A DNA stretch of 64,000 bases from Candidatus Nomurabacteria bacterium (GCA_020632015.1 JACKGI010000003.1:65421-129420); one strand, 5' to 3'; shown: positions 9,309 through 17,545, counted from the first letter of the stretch. Numbers and translations: made by a program. Notes: a model not told the origin generated them from the sequence alone.

Positions 9309-10578
9309 AGAAATTTTTGATTATCTCTACTTTGTTTCCAGTTAGTTTCTCGTATCGCCGACGAGCCAGTTCACAAAAAATCGGCTCTGACTCAAGAGAA
9401 TAGACACGACGATTCAGACTCTCAGCACAGACGAGCGTGCTGGCAGAACCTGAGAACGAGTCGAGAATAATGTCGTTTGGTTTTGTGCACCGCTTAATCG
9501 CTTTCTCATGCAGACTTGGCGGTTTAGATGTTGGATGTTCGTATTCACTAATCTTGATTCGTTTCGAAGCCCAGATATTGCTCACTGATTCAACTAAGTC
9601 ATTCCCAACGGCGACTTCAGCATTCATGATTTCAGTACAGTTCGTCATCTTCTTAGCGAGGTATGGAGATCCTTTTGTTCCGTAGACGCAGAATTCAATT
9701 GCTTTGTTAAAGGCGACAGTAGGGGTAGGGCTGGCATTGTTCTTTAACCAGATGTTGAGTCTACGGTTCTTTATACCTAGCTCGTTATATAAGGTCTGAA
9801 AAATCCAGACCCAAGCTTCATCACACCAGTACATGATGTGAGTATTCGGCGTGGCAACCGATAGCCCTGCTTCAAGTGTCTTGCGAATAAATGATTTGTA
9901 GTCATCGGGACTCTTGTTGTCCTGTACGTTACCTCCATAGTTAGCTTTGTTCCCGACGCCTTTGTTGTAGTCGAGGTTAATGTTGTATGGAGGATCTGAA
10001 TAGATCATGCTTGTTTTCTCTCCATCAAAGAGTACTTGAACAGCTTTTGAATCAGTAGAGTCACCACAGAGGATTTTGTGTTTACCTAGGATTAGCAAAT
10101 CACCTCGTTTTATATCGGTTGTCTTAATTTCCTTGAGTGCTTTTTCTTCATCAAACTCATCATCCTCGCTATGTTTATCTGTATCCCAGAAATCAGCTAA
10201 CTCGATATCTTCAAATCCAGCTTCAGTCAGGAGGTCAATATCGAAGCTCTTTAAAGCGTCGAGATCCCAGTCCCCGCCCAGCTTATTTGAAGATATGAGA
10301 TACTGCTCAAATTCTTTTTCAGTCAGTTTTCGATTAGGAACTCGTACATCAATCTCCTCATCGCCACGACCTAACAACTGCAATACTTTGAGACGTTGGT
10401 GTCCTGCGATTACTCGACCTGTAGTGTCGATGGCTGGTATTTCTACTAAGTTGAATTTACTCAGACTCTTTTTTAGTTTCTCCAACTGAATAGGGCTGAT
10501 AGTACGAGGGTTCTTCTCGTAGGGGACAAGATCACTTACTTTTCGCTTCTGTGTACTCCACTCTAGTTTTTTAGTCAT
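9295..10578 (-). CDS. ParB-like nuclease domain fused to a DNA methyltransferase (N6-A/N4-C, beta class)
   Basis: N-terminal ParB/Srx-like motif (NPRTISP...GHQR). Motif IV SDPPYN is followed later by motif I DSFSGSAST. Confidence 0.85.
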   Translation of the reverse strand: MTKKLEWSTQKRKVSDLVPYEKNPRTISPIQLEKLKKSLSKFNLVEIPAIDTTGRVIAGHQRLKVLQLLGRGDEEIDVRVPNRKLTEKEFEQYLISSNKLGGDWDLDALKSFDIDLLTEAGFEDIELADFWDTDKHSEDDEFDEEKALKEIKTTDIKRGDLLILGKHKILCGDSTDSKAVQVLFDGEKTSMIYSDPPYNINLDYNKGVGNKANYGGNVQDNKSPDDYKSFIRKTLEAGLSVATPNTHIMYWCDEAWVWIFQTLYNELGIKNRRLNIWLKNNASPTPTVAFNKAIEFCVYGTKGSPYLAKKMTNCTEIMNAEVAVGNDLVESVSNIWASKRIKISEYEHPTSKPPSLHEKAIKRCTKPNDIILDSFSGSASTLVCAESLNRRVYSLESEPIFCELARRRYEKLTGNKVEIIKNFYEEN

Positions 10579-10620
10579 AACTATATTTGTTTATTTGTTA
10601 ATAAAAACAAAGCAAACAAA

Positions 10621-10697
10621 AAGCCTGACTTCATACGAAGACTCAACACATCAAATTGACGTGCTCAGGCTTTCTGTATGAAATCAGGCGGGTTAAA
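10621..10697 (-). terminator. Rho-independent terminator-like long hairpin (minus strand)
   Basis: On the minus strand GCCTGATTTCATAC...GTATGAAGTCAGGC is followed by TTTTT, downstream of the 10728-11084 gene. Confidence 0.5.
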
Positions 10698-10727
10698 AAT
10701 TAAGCGGCTCGATTTCTGTATATGTTT

Positions 10728-11084
10728 TTAGAAGAGTAGTCCTGCTTCAAGGAGTTCGATTGCACTGGCATCTTGCCATCGCTTACCCTTAAGCTTCTGC
10801 TGAGCTGAAAGGTCCAACATTTCTTCAATCTCTGAATCGGTACTCTCTGGAAAGAAAACACCTTGGCTAGTCACCTTGCCATCGCGGACTGCATCATTGA
10901 AGTAGTCGGGGACAGCGTATTTGATAGTGACATCACCATCTGATCCGTCGATTGAGACAGACTGCTTTTCTAAGAACACTCTTTGTTCTTCGGAATCACG
11001 CCAGTTTTTCTCAGACTTATTACGCAACTTCCTTGTAGGGAAGGTTAGCGAAGTGAGCTTGAGATTGCTGAAACGTAACTCCAT
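10728..11084 (-). CDS. hypothetical protein
   Basis: Start moved to the internal ATG at 11084. On the minus strand TGCTATTAT lies 6 nt upstream, matching the promoter style of this genome. Confidence 0.5.
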   Translation of the reverse strand: MELRFSNLKLTSLTFPTRKLRNKSEKNWRDSEEQRVFLEKQSVSIDGSDGDVTIKYAVPDYFNDAVRDGKVTSQGVFFPESTDSEIEEMLDLSAQQKLKGKRWQDASAIELLEAGLLF

Positions 11085-11104
11085 AGGAATATAATAGCAT
11101 GGAT

Positions 11105-11143
11105 TTTGTGAAAAAGTAAAAATGCTGTATACTATGTACACCT
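11105..11143 (+). promoter_or_regulatory. promoter (extended -10 TGTATACT) overlapped by the imperfect palindrome TGTATACTATGTACA, a possible LexA-type operator
   Basis: -10 at 11128-11133 with TG at 11126-11127. ATG lies 10 nt downstream. Palindrome at 11126-11140. The operator role is inference. Confidence 0.35.
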
Positions 11144-11761
11144 ATGATAGATAACTTAAGTGATAAGGACCGCAGAGCGTTCTCCTTCATCCGAAACATG
11201 ATCATTAGTCAAGGCAGAAGTCCCTCACTGCGTGAAATAAACACAGTAACCAAAGACAGCTCCCCTCGCTCAGCTGGTCTAGCAATTGACCGACTGATAA
11301 AGGCAGGACTGCTTGAAAGGAAGGGGCGAAATTTGATCCTTACATCTGAACGCGATTCAAGTTCTGTACATACTGTGAACGTAAAACTCGTTAACAGTGT
11401 TGCTTGCGGTACACCAATGCTTGCTGAGGAAAATGTTGAAGCGGAAATCGCTGTATCAACCGCCTTAGCTAAGCCAGGTTTCCAATACTTTCTGCTACGC
11501 GCTAGTGGAAACTCCATGGATCAAGCGGGTATTAACTCTGGTGATCTACTATTGATTCGTCAGCAAACTACAGCAGAGAATGGACAGCGAGTAGTGGCGC
11601 TCATCAATGATGAAGCGACTGTAAAAGAATTTGAAAAGAACGGTGAAGTAGTAATACTCCGCCCACGTTCATCTAATAAGGAGCTTAGACCTATCGTACT
11701 TACCGATAACTGCATTATTCAGGGAGTGGTACAAGCAGTACTCCCTTCAGATATTTACTAA
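11144..11761 (+). CDS. LexA-type repressor (winged HTH + S24 peptidase)
   Basis: N-terminal LexA-like wHTH. S24 catalytic Ser in GNSM and Lys in TVKEF. The cleavage-region motif VACGTPMLAEE has CG where LexA has AG. Confidence 0.8.
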   Translation: MIDNLSDKDRRAFSFIRNMIISQGRSPSLREINTVTKDSSPRSAGLAIDRLIKAGLLERKGRNLILTSERDSSSVHTVNVKLVNSVACGTPMLAEENVEAEIAVSTALAKPGFQYFLLRASGNSMDQAGINSGDLLLIRQQTTAENGQRVVALINDEATVKEFEKNGEVVILRPRSSNKELRPIVLTDNCIIQGVVQAVLPSDIY

Positions 11762-11764
11762 ACT

Positions 11765-11977
11765 ATGGCAAACAAAAGAATTACAGTGACCGGAGAATCA
11801 GATTCGGGTCGTAATACAAATTTTCACGATAATCGCACAGGTGCAGATATGAGCCGTGCTCAATTTGTGAAGAAGATTGAAGATGGTAGTTACGACAACT
11901 ACCACGTTCGGAAGATTAACAATATAAAGACCCCTGTTTCAAATCCTGACGGAAAGGAAGGAAACAATCTTGACTAG
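11765..11977 (+). CDS. small conserved-looking protein of unknown function (weak DUF3892-like resemblance)
   Basis: 70-aa ORF starting 3 nt after the LexA-like stop. The C-terminal ...PDGKEGNNLD recalls the ...NNL motif of DUF3892 proteins; this rests on memory only. Confidence 0.5.
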   Translation: MANKRITVTGESDSGRNTNFHDNRTGADMSRAQFVKKIEDGSYDNYHVRKINNIKTPVSNPDGKEGNNLD

Positions 11978-11980
11978 TAT

Positions 11981-12931
11981 ATGAATTTATCAAATGCACA
12001 ACTACTGAATTTCAAAGACCGAATTAAATTCACCGATGAAGATAAGAGAAAATTCCAACCTCAAATTGACCACTTGGTTTCTTCAATCAAGTCACATATT
12101 TCGGAAAAAACTGACACACGAGTGTTGAAAGTTCTGCAGTGCGGGTCTTGGCGAAAGGGTACTATTTTAAAGCCCAAAGATGATGTTCCTGTTGATATAG
12201 ATCTCGTTTTCTTTTTAGATATTGATCACGAGGATATTGATTCTTTAGAGCAAGCAAATAATTTTATTTTGCCGATTCTAAAAAGCATCTATCCCAAAAA
12301 GGAGGATAAGGATTTCTGGGATAGTCCGAAGACCGCAGGAATTGAATTTGTTGCTTCTGGATTAAATGTTGATGTTGTACCTGTTGGCAAAACGGACTAT
12401 GAAGACTACGTTGCTCAACCTGACAAAGATTCTAGGCAATACTTCACCTCGCCCAAAAAGCAATTGGAGTTTATTTCTGAAAGAAAAGAGGCAAATGTAA
12501 ATTTCACAGCAATCGTTCGTATCTTAAAAAAATGGCGTAACGTTCACGATGTTGATCTACCATCCTTCGCTATTGAACTAATTGTTGCTCATTTAGATAT
12601 AGTGAAAGGAGTTGAAATAGACATACAAGAGGCAATTTTGAGATTTTTGAAATTAGTAAGCAAAAAACAAATGCCTGTAATATTGTTTGACACTCCATAT
12701 GGCAGTTATGCCCATGATGGTGCGCATACCTACATAGCTGACCCTACCAATCAAGAAAATAATATTATGAAGAACTCATCTGATCTTGATTGGAATCGTA
12801 TTCGTATTGATGCTGATACAGCATTTGAAACCCTTTTATTAGCTGAAGAGCAGGATCATATAACCACTACAATAGATTTATGGAAAGAGGTGTTTGGTTC
12901 TAGCTTTAACATTGACCCTATAGAAAATTAA
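11981..12931 (+). CDS. CD-NTase/SMODS-like nucleotidyltransferase (putative signalling-nucleotide synthase)
   Basis: Pol-beta NTase signature QCGSWRKGT...VPVDIDLVFF, a third acidic strand NVDVVPV, and the OAS/cGAS/DncV-type helix KKWRN...LPSFAIELIVAH. Length 316 aa. Confidence 0.7.
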   Translation: MNLSNAQLLNFKDRIKFTDEDKRKFQPQIDHLVSSIKSHISEKTDTRVLKVLQCGSWRKGTILKPKDDVPVDIDLVFFLDIDHEDIDSLEQANNFILPILKSIYPKKEDKDFWDSPKTAGIEFVASGLNVDVVPVGKTDYEDYVAQPDKDSRQYFTSPKKQLEFISERKEANVNFTAIVRILKKWRNVHDVDLPSFAIELIVAHLDIVKGVEIDIQEAILRFLKLVSKKQMPVILFDTPYGSYAHDGAHTYIADPTNQENNIMKNSSDLDWNRIRIDADTAFETLLLAEEQDHITTTIDLWKEVFGSSFNIDPIEN

Positions 12932-12932
12932 T

Positions 12933-13406
12933 ATGACACAATCTGAACTTAATCAACTTTATAAAAGTATTGCTACTGACTTTAAGTTAGCTACACGCAA
13001 GACAGAATTGTGGGAGTTAAATTATTGTTACGACATATTACATGATGTTAAAAAGTTTATTCTTTTTGACTATGCAACAGCAGTGTCTTTAATGCTTTTA
13101 GATAATAATCAAACCACTCTCAAAGCAAAGAAATATCAATTAGGTACAGCTGTACAGCAAGCAAGCGATCGCCCAGGCTCAATCGAATGGGAGGATGGGG
13201 AAGGTAATGTTTTGACTGTGGTTGTCAGTAATACTGACCGGTATTTAAATCTGAGTCACGAGCAGAAATTGGCATTTTATGATGAATTAAGAATTCCTAC
13301 ATGGGGTCCAAGTAGTCTAGATGCAAATTTTTATGGCTTGCCATCTCAAACTGCTAAAAGATACACATCAGGTAATAGTGGCGTGGTACGCACTGATTTC
13401 AATTAG
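12933..13406 (+). CDS. uncharacterised 157-aa protein between the NTase and the 2-TM protein
   Basis: ORF starts 1 nt after the NTase stop and ends 1 nt before the next start. No motif recognised. Confidence 0.6.
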   Translation: MTQSELNQLYKSIATDFKLATRKTELWELNYCYDILHDVKKFILFDYATAVSLMLLDNNQTTLKAKKYQLGTAVQQASDRPGSIEWEDGEGNVLTVVVSNTDRYLNLSHEQKLAFYDELRIPTWGPSSLDANFYGLPSQTAKRYTSGNSGVVRTDFN

Positions 13407-13407
13407 T

Positions 13408-13929
13408 ATGGAAACTCTGCAAAAACTTTATAAAGTGGCTGACCAGACTCGAACAATTCATAGTTTACTTAGGGATAAACTAGTTTTTATTGAAACCCTT
13501 GTGCTTGTGTATGTGACAGTAGGATCAGCGATTTCGGCAATGCTTATATTTGCACCCATATCACCTAGTTACGAGATGTGGGTAGGAATTTTTATAGCTA
13601 GCATTTTTATTGTTAGTTTAATTCCTAACGCTTTTGACTTTAAACAGAAAATTTTGGAAAGGTCGCTAGCTGTTAACGCCTGGGGTAAGTGGGTTCGTGA
13701 CGCAAAATCCTTGTGTGATAACGGTGGTACTTCAGATGAAGTAAAACATATATCTGACCAGTACAAAGTAGTCATGGATGAAACTCCTTTGATACCTGAT
13801 CGTGTATTTAATAAGTACAAGCAAAAGCATCTGCAAAAAGTAGCCATATCTAAAGCACTGAGTGAGACCCCTTTTAGATCAATTAGAGAAATTAAGAAAT
13901 CTTTGAAAAATGATGATTTGTCGAAATGA
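13408..13929 (+). CDS. SLATT-like two-TM effector candidate
   Basis: Start ATG 13408 lies 1 nt after the upstream stop. Two adjacent TM helices (FIETLVLVYVTVGSAISAMLIF, WVGIFIASIFIVSLIPNAF) are flanked by helices. This is the SLATT-type architecture that typically partners SMODS enzymes. Confidence 0.55.
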   Translation: METLQKLYKVADQTRTIHSLLRDKLVFIETLVLVYVTVGSAISAMLIFAPISPSYEMWVGIFIASIFIVSLIPNAFDFKQKILERSLAVNAWGKWVRDAKSLCDNGGTSDEVKHISDQYKVVMDETPLIPDRVFNKYKQKHLQKVAISKALSETPFRSIREIKKSLKNDDLSK

Positions 13930-13947
13930 TAGAAAGATGATTACTGT

Positions 13948-14703
13948 ATGTTTGGATTTTTTAATAAACCATCTAGAAAAAAAGATTTAAAAGCTGTTAA
14001 GGATTTTCTAATTGCTCATTTTCAGCAAATCTATAGCGCTAAGGATAGGATCCCTCCGGATGTCTTTGACGTGTCCATGTTTTTTATAACAGAAGCGATC
14101 CAGCTATTTGACTCAATAGATATTCTGAGCCGAAAAAATCACCTTAGAGGGTGCTTGCCAATTGCTCGAACAATCATGGAGATTTCAATTAATCTTCAAT
14201 ACATATATAGAAAAGATGTAGAACAACGAGCTAAGCTCTTTAAACTTGACTCGATGTATGAGATGAGAAGAAAAGGAGACAGTATCGAAGACGAGTCTAA
14301 AGATAATCCTGTTTATCAAGAGTATATGAAAAAACTTGATGAAGAACTAAAAGACTATAAAAAAGAAAAGAAGACTATTTATGAAAAGGCAGCCGAAGTA
14401 AATATGAAATCATTTTATGTCAGTACATATCGACGTCTGTCTGAATATGTTCACTCGGGCTATAGACCAGCTCGTGATTTTGATGAAGAGGGTCCATATA
14501 ATGATTTTTTAAAGAGGGTGGTATTTACAGATACTGTTATGTTTATGTTGATGGGTCTTAAATCGGTGTGTGAGGAATATGATTTAGATGGCGGATTTAT
14601 GGTTATTGATGATCCTGGCTACAAAGGAATTGTATTCTTTTCCACTAACCCTAAAAAGGAAGAGGAACGCAGTAAAGCTTATGAAGAAAGTAAGAAAAAG
14701 TAA
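13948..14703 (+). CDS. helical protein of unknown function (possibly DUF5677-like)
   Basis: 251-aa ORF in the same operon. Motifs ARTIMEISINLQYIY...RAKLF and LSEYVHSGY. The family assignment is tentative. Confidence 0.5.
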   Translation: MFGFFNKPSRKKDLKAVKDFLIAHFQQIYSAKDRIPPDVFDVSMFFITEAIQLFDSIDILSRKNHLRGCLPIARTIMEISINLQYIYRKDVEQRAKLFKLDSMYEMRRKGDSIEDESKDNPVYQEYMKKLDEELKDYKKEKKTIYEKAAEVNMKSFYVSTYRRLSEYVHSGYRPARDFDEEGPYNDFLKRVVFTDTVMFMLMGLKSVCEEYDLDGGFMVIDDPGYKGIVFFSTNPKKEEERSKAYEESKKK

Positions 14704-14713
14704 TATATAAAAT

Positions 14714-15274
14714 ATGGAAAATAGAGCCCACATGGAGCCAATAGCAAATCGAATTGCAAGATTTCAGAATGGTCATCCGATTGAAATTATCGACACGTTA
14801 TTAAACTCAATTGATAATCATTTCAATAATGAGATCCGTTTGACTATTCAAGAAGATCACTATCAAACATCTTTAATGTTTTTAGGTATTCACGCTGTTG
14901 CGCTCACAATCTCAGAAGGTTTTTTTAATGTAGGTGGTCCAGATGGATATAAAAAGTTCTTAGAAAACTATGTTGATGGAAGCACTTCCGATACTAAATT
15001 TTCAGATATAGCAACAGAAATTCATAATTGGCGTAACATACTTGCACATCAATGGCTTGGTATTGGCGGATATGATATCGGATATGACTATACTCAAACT
15101 GAGGGATGGGTCGAGCGTGACGGAATAAAATTTATAAATCCACGAATCTATTGTGAACACTATCTAGCTGCCTTTAAAGCAGGGGGCAGAATGTGGGATT
15201 ATGACAAGCGTTTTCCTGAAGAAGAATTGAAACAAATCAAAGTGCGATTACTTAAAAAGTTTTTGTCTAAATGA
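14714..15274 (+). CDS. HEPN-domain protein (putative RNase)
   Basis: Canonical HEPN motif R-N-x-x-x-H in IHNWRNILAHQW. Predicted all-helical. Last gene of the operon. Confidence 0.6.
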   Translation: MENRAHMEPIANRIARFQNGHPIEIIDTLLNSIDNHFNNEIRLTIQEDHYQTSLMFLGIHAVALTISEGFFNVGGPDGYKKFLENYVDGSTSDTKFSDIATEIHNWRNILAHQWLGIGGYDIGYDYTQTEGWVERDGIKFINPRIYCEHYLAAFKAGGRMWDYDKRFPEEELKQIKVRLLKKFLSK

Positions 15275-15422
15275 AATGTTCTGTAAAGTTACAGACTAAT
15301 GTAACTATTTAAGATATTGAGAAATCTGTCACTTTTGTCACTTTTTCTTGCGCACGAGGAACTATCAAATTGGATTGTGAATAGTACTAAATCGGTCAAG
15401 CCAGGCTTGACCGTCCACGGTT

Positions 15423-16934
15423 CTAACTCGAGGAAGCCCGCACTTTAGGACAATCAACGGAAACAGAACCCGAGGCCGCCGCCGCGCAAGCGGCGGCGTG
15501 CCATGTGGCGGCCAAAGCAAAGGGCGAACGGCGCGGCACGCACAGCGTGCGCGCGGAAATGGACGGGTTCGAACCGATCTTTTTGAGGAAATCTCGATTT
15601 TCTTCGAGATTTCCTCGTGAAGTGATTTTTCCGGCTTGGTTGAGCGATTTAAGGAAGCGGGTCAAAGGTTCGAACCGATTATCACTCGTTCGCTCAAAAA
15701 CGGCGATTTGCTCTTTGAGGTCGGTCTTGCGATTTAGGAGCACTTGCTTTTTGTTTGTGTACTCGGTGTGTGTAATGGAACCATCAAGTTGGAGATCAAG
15801 CAAAGCGTCGAGTTTCTTCTCGATCGTTGTTATCTCACTTTCGAGTTTTTGAACGGACGACCGTTCCGCGTGTTGGTGGTGCGTGCGTTCTTTTTCTAAA
15901 ATTTGCACGCACGCATCCACCCACGCGGACGGCAAAGAAACTTTTTGGACTTCTTCTCGTACTTGCTCGGCTATTGCTTCCTCGCGCACATAGGGTTGGG
16001 TACATACTCCGCGGCGTTTGGTGCAGCGAAGGTAGTTGTGTCCTTTCTGAGTCTCGGTGGTTATCATGCAATCACACTCGCCACAACGGAACACGCCGCG
16101 GTAACTGTACGGCTTCAGTTTGGGTGCGCGAGTAGTGCGCGACTTGCTTCCCATGATGCTCTGTACCGCATCAAAAAGTTTCTTAGTGATAATCGGTTCA
16201 TGGACTCCGTCATAGAGTTCACCACCATATCTGATAGCTCCGTAGTAGATTGGATTCTTGAGTAGGTACTGATAGTTTGAAATTGAAAGGAGTTTATCCC
16301 GCTTCCCAACCAAGCCAGATTCGTTGATAACCTTTCGGAGTTTCAATAAGGGGTATTCGCCAGTTGCATAAAGCTCAAATGCTTTGCGGATGAGGGTTGC
16401 CTTGTCTGTATCGGGGACAATAGTGCGATTTGTTTTGTCATTCAAATATCCGATAGGTGCATATCCTGGCCATACGCCATTGCGGAGCTTCTGGCGAATA
16501 CCCCTCCTGATGTTCTCCGAAAGGTTATCAACGTAGTATTTGGATTGGCCGAAGGCGATGTTGAGCATGAACTTACCTTGCGGTGTATTTTCAAACCACA
16601 GGGTTGGAAACTTCAAGTACTTCAACTTACCAACATCCAGCAGATAAATAATCTTGCCGCCATCTACACTATTGCGCGCCAACCTATCCGCGTGCCACGC
16701 TACGATACCTTCAACATCGCCGTTCTCGACGCTCGCAAGCATCTCATTGAAAACTTCTCGTCCTGGTTCTTTCGCCGTCTTGCTCTCAACAAACTCACGG
16801 ACGATATGCAAATTCTCTTTTCGTGCAAACTCTCTCAATTCATGGAGCTGCGCCTCTATGCTTAGCACTTGCCTCTGCGCTTCGTCCGTGGACTTGCGAG
16901 CGTAGAGATAAAATTTTTGCGGAGTATCTTTCAT
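15423..16934 (-). CDS. large serine recombinase (rec2)
   Basis: YARKSTDEAQRQVLSIEAQ catalytic region, zinc-ribbon cysteines (RCGECDC...LRCTKRRGVC) and the coiled-coil C-terminus. Start set at the MKDTPQKF ATG. The last ~49 codons run through repeat A' and 14 nt into flanking DNA. Confidence 0.8.
   Translation of the reverse strand: MKDTPQKFYLYARKSTDEAQRQVLSIEAQLHELREFARKENLHIVREFVESKTAKEPGREVFNEMLASVENGDVEGIVAWHADRLARNSVDGGKIIYLLDVGKLKYLKFPTLWFENTPQGKFMLNIAFGQSKYYVDNLSENIRRGIRQKLRNGVWPGYAPIGYLNDKTNRTIVPDTDKATLIRKAFELYATGEYPLLKLRKVINESGLVGKRDKLLSISNYQYLLKNPIYYGAIRYGGELYDGVHEPIITKKLFDAVQSIMGSKSRTTRAPKLKPYSYRGVFRCGECDCMITTETQKGHNYLRCTKRRGVCTQPYVREEAIAEQVREEVQKVSLPSAWVDACVQILEKERTHHQHAERSSVQKLESEITTIEKKLDALLDLQLDGSITHTEYTNKKQVLLNRKTDLKEQIAVFERTSDNRFEPLTRFLKSLNQAGKITSRGNLEENRDFLKKIGSNPSISARTLCVPRRSPFALAATWHAAACAAAASGSVSVDCPKVRASSS
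15438..15571. repeat. inverted repeat A' (reverse complement of 17202-17335)
   Basis: 134 bp aligned by eye, with about 6 mismatches clustered around 15536-15556. Confidence 0.85.
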
Positions 16935-17201
16935 ATGGAAACTATAATAGCCGTCCTTGGTGTACCCAACCCGAGAAGACCTCGAATTGCCCAAAGACGG
17001 CCATTAAAAAAGACCTTCTCGATTTGGTTGGGTACACTCACATTCTATCATACACAGAATAAACAGAGCAAAAATTTTCGGACAATCCAAATACTCAAAA
17101 TCGCTTCACGCCGCTCAAATAGAGCAGACAAAAAGATCGGTTGTTTTGTGCAACAAAACGCGTGCGTGGTTGTGAACCTTAAATATTCACAACAAGCACG
17201 A

Positions 17202-17335
17202 CGAACCCGTCCATTTCCGTGCGCACGCTCTCTGTGCCGCGCCGTTCGCCCTTTGCTTTGGCCGCCACATGGCACGCCGCCGCTTGCGCGGCGGCGGCCT
17301 CGGGTTCTGTTTCCGTTGATTGTCCTAAAGTGCGG
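17202..17335. repeat. inverted repeat A (inner copy)
   Basis: Reverse complement of 15438-15571. Contiguous with repeat B. Confidence 0.85.
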
Positions 17336-17545
17336 TGCTTTTTGAACGAAGTTCGAACGCTCTACGAACAAAATCCGCAAGAGTTTGACTAATAACCCGC
17401 TCAGCCGCGCCCTCGGCTCCACTCCGTTCCGCCGACCGAAACAAACTCTTTTCTTTTCCGCTTTTAACAAGAAAAAATGGGGGGCGAAAAAAATGAAAAA
17501 GCAAAGAAAAGAGATTTGTTTCGGGAGTTCGCGAGGTGCTGCAAA
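17332..17545. repeat. inverted repeat B (inner copy)
   Basis: 214 bp, apparently perfect reverse complement of 20668-20881. This also explains the identical peptides in tracked ORFs 17048-17470(-) and 20659-21003(+). Confidence 0.9.

Larger units (their letters stand above)
4758..15437. mobile_element. integrated mobile/defence region (serine recombinase, terminase, ParB-methylase, LexA-headed CBASS-like operon); boundaries approximate
   Basis: Phage and mobile-element genes cluster between a core-gene terminator and the next insertion. No flanking direct repeat was found, so the ends are uncertain. Confidence 0.45.

Noticed and set aside
15505-16905. Cluster of + and - strand ORFs (15505-15852, 15827-16135, 15903-16265, 16545-16865 and others)
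   Set aside because: All overlap the serine recombinase gene, which has clear catalytic and zinc-ribbon motifs. These are GC-rich shadow frames.
17048-17470. 140-aa minus-strand ORF sharing an identical peptide (LKAEKKRVCFGRRNGVEPRARLSGLLVKLLRILFVERSNFVQKAP) with + strand ORF 20659-21003
   Set aside because: The shared peptide is simply the translation of inverted repeat B/B'. There is no start context, and the frames run out of the repeat into unrelated sequence.
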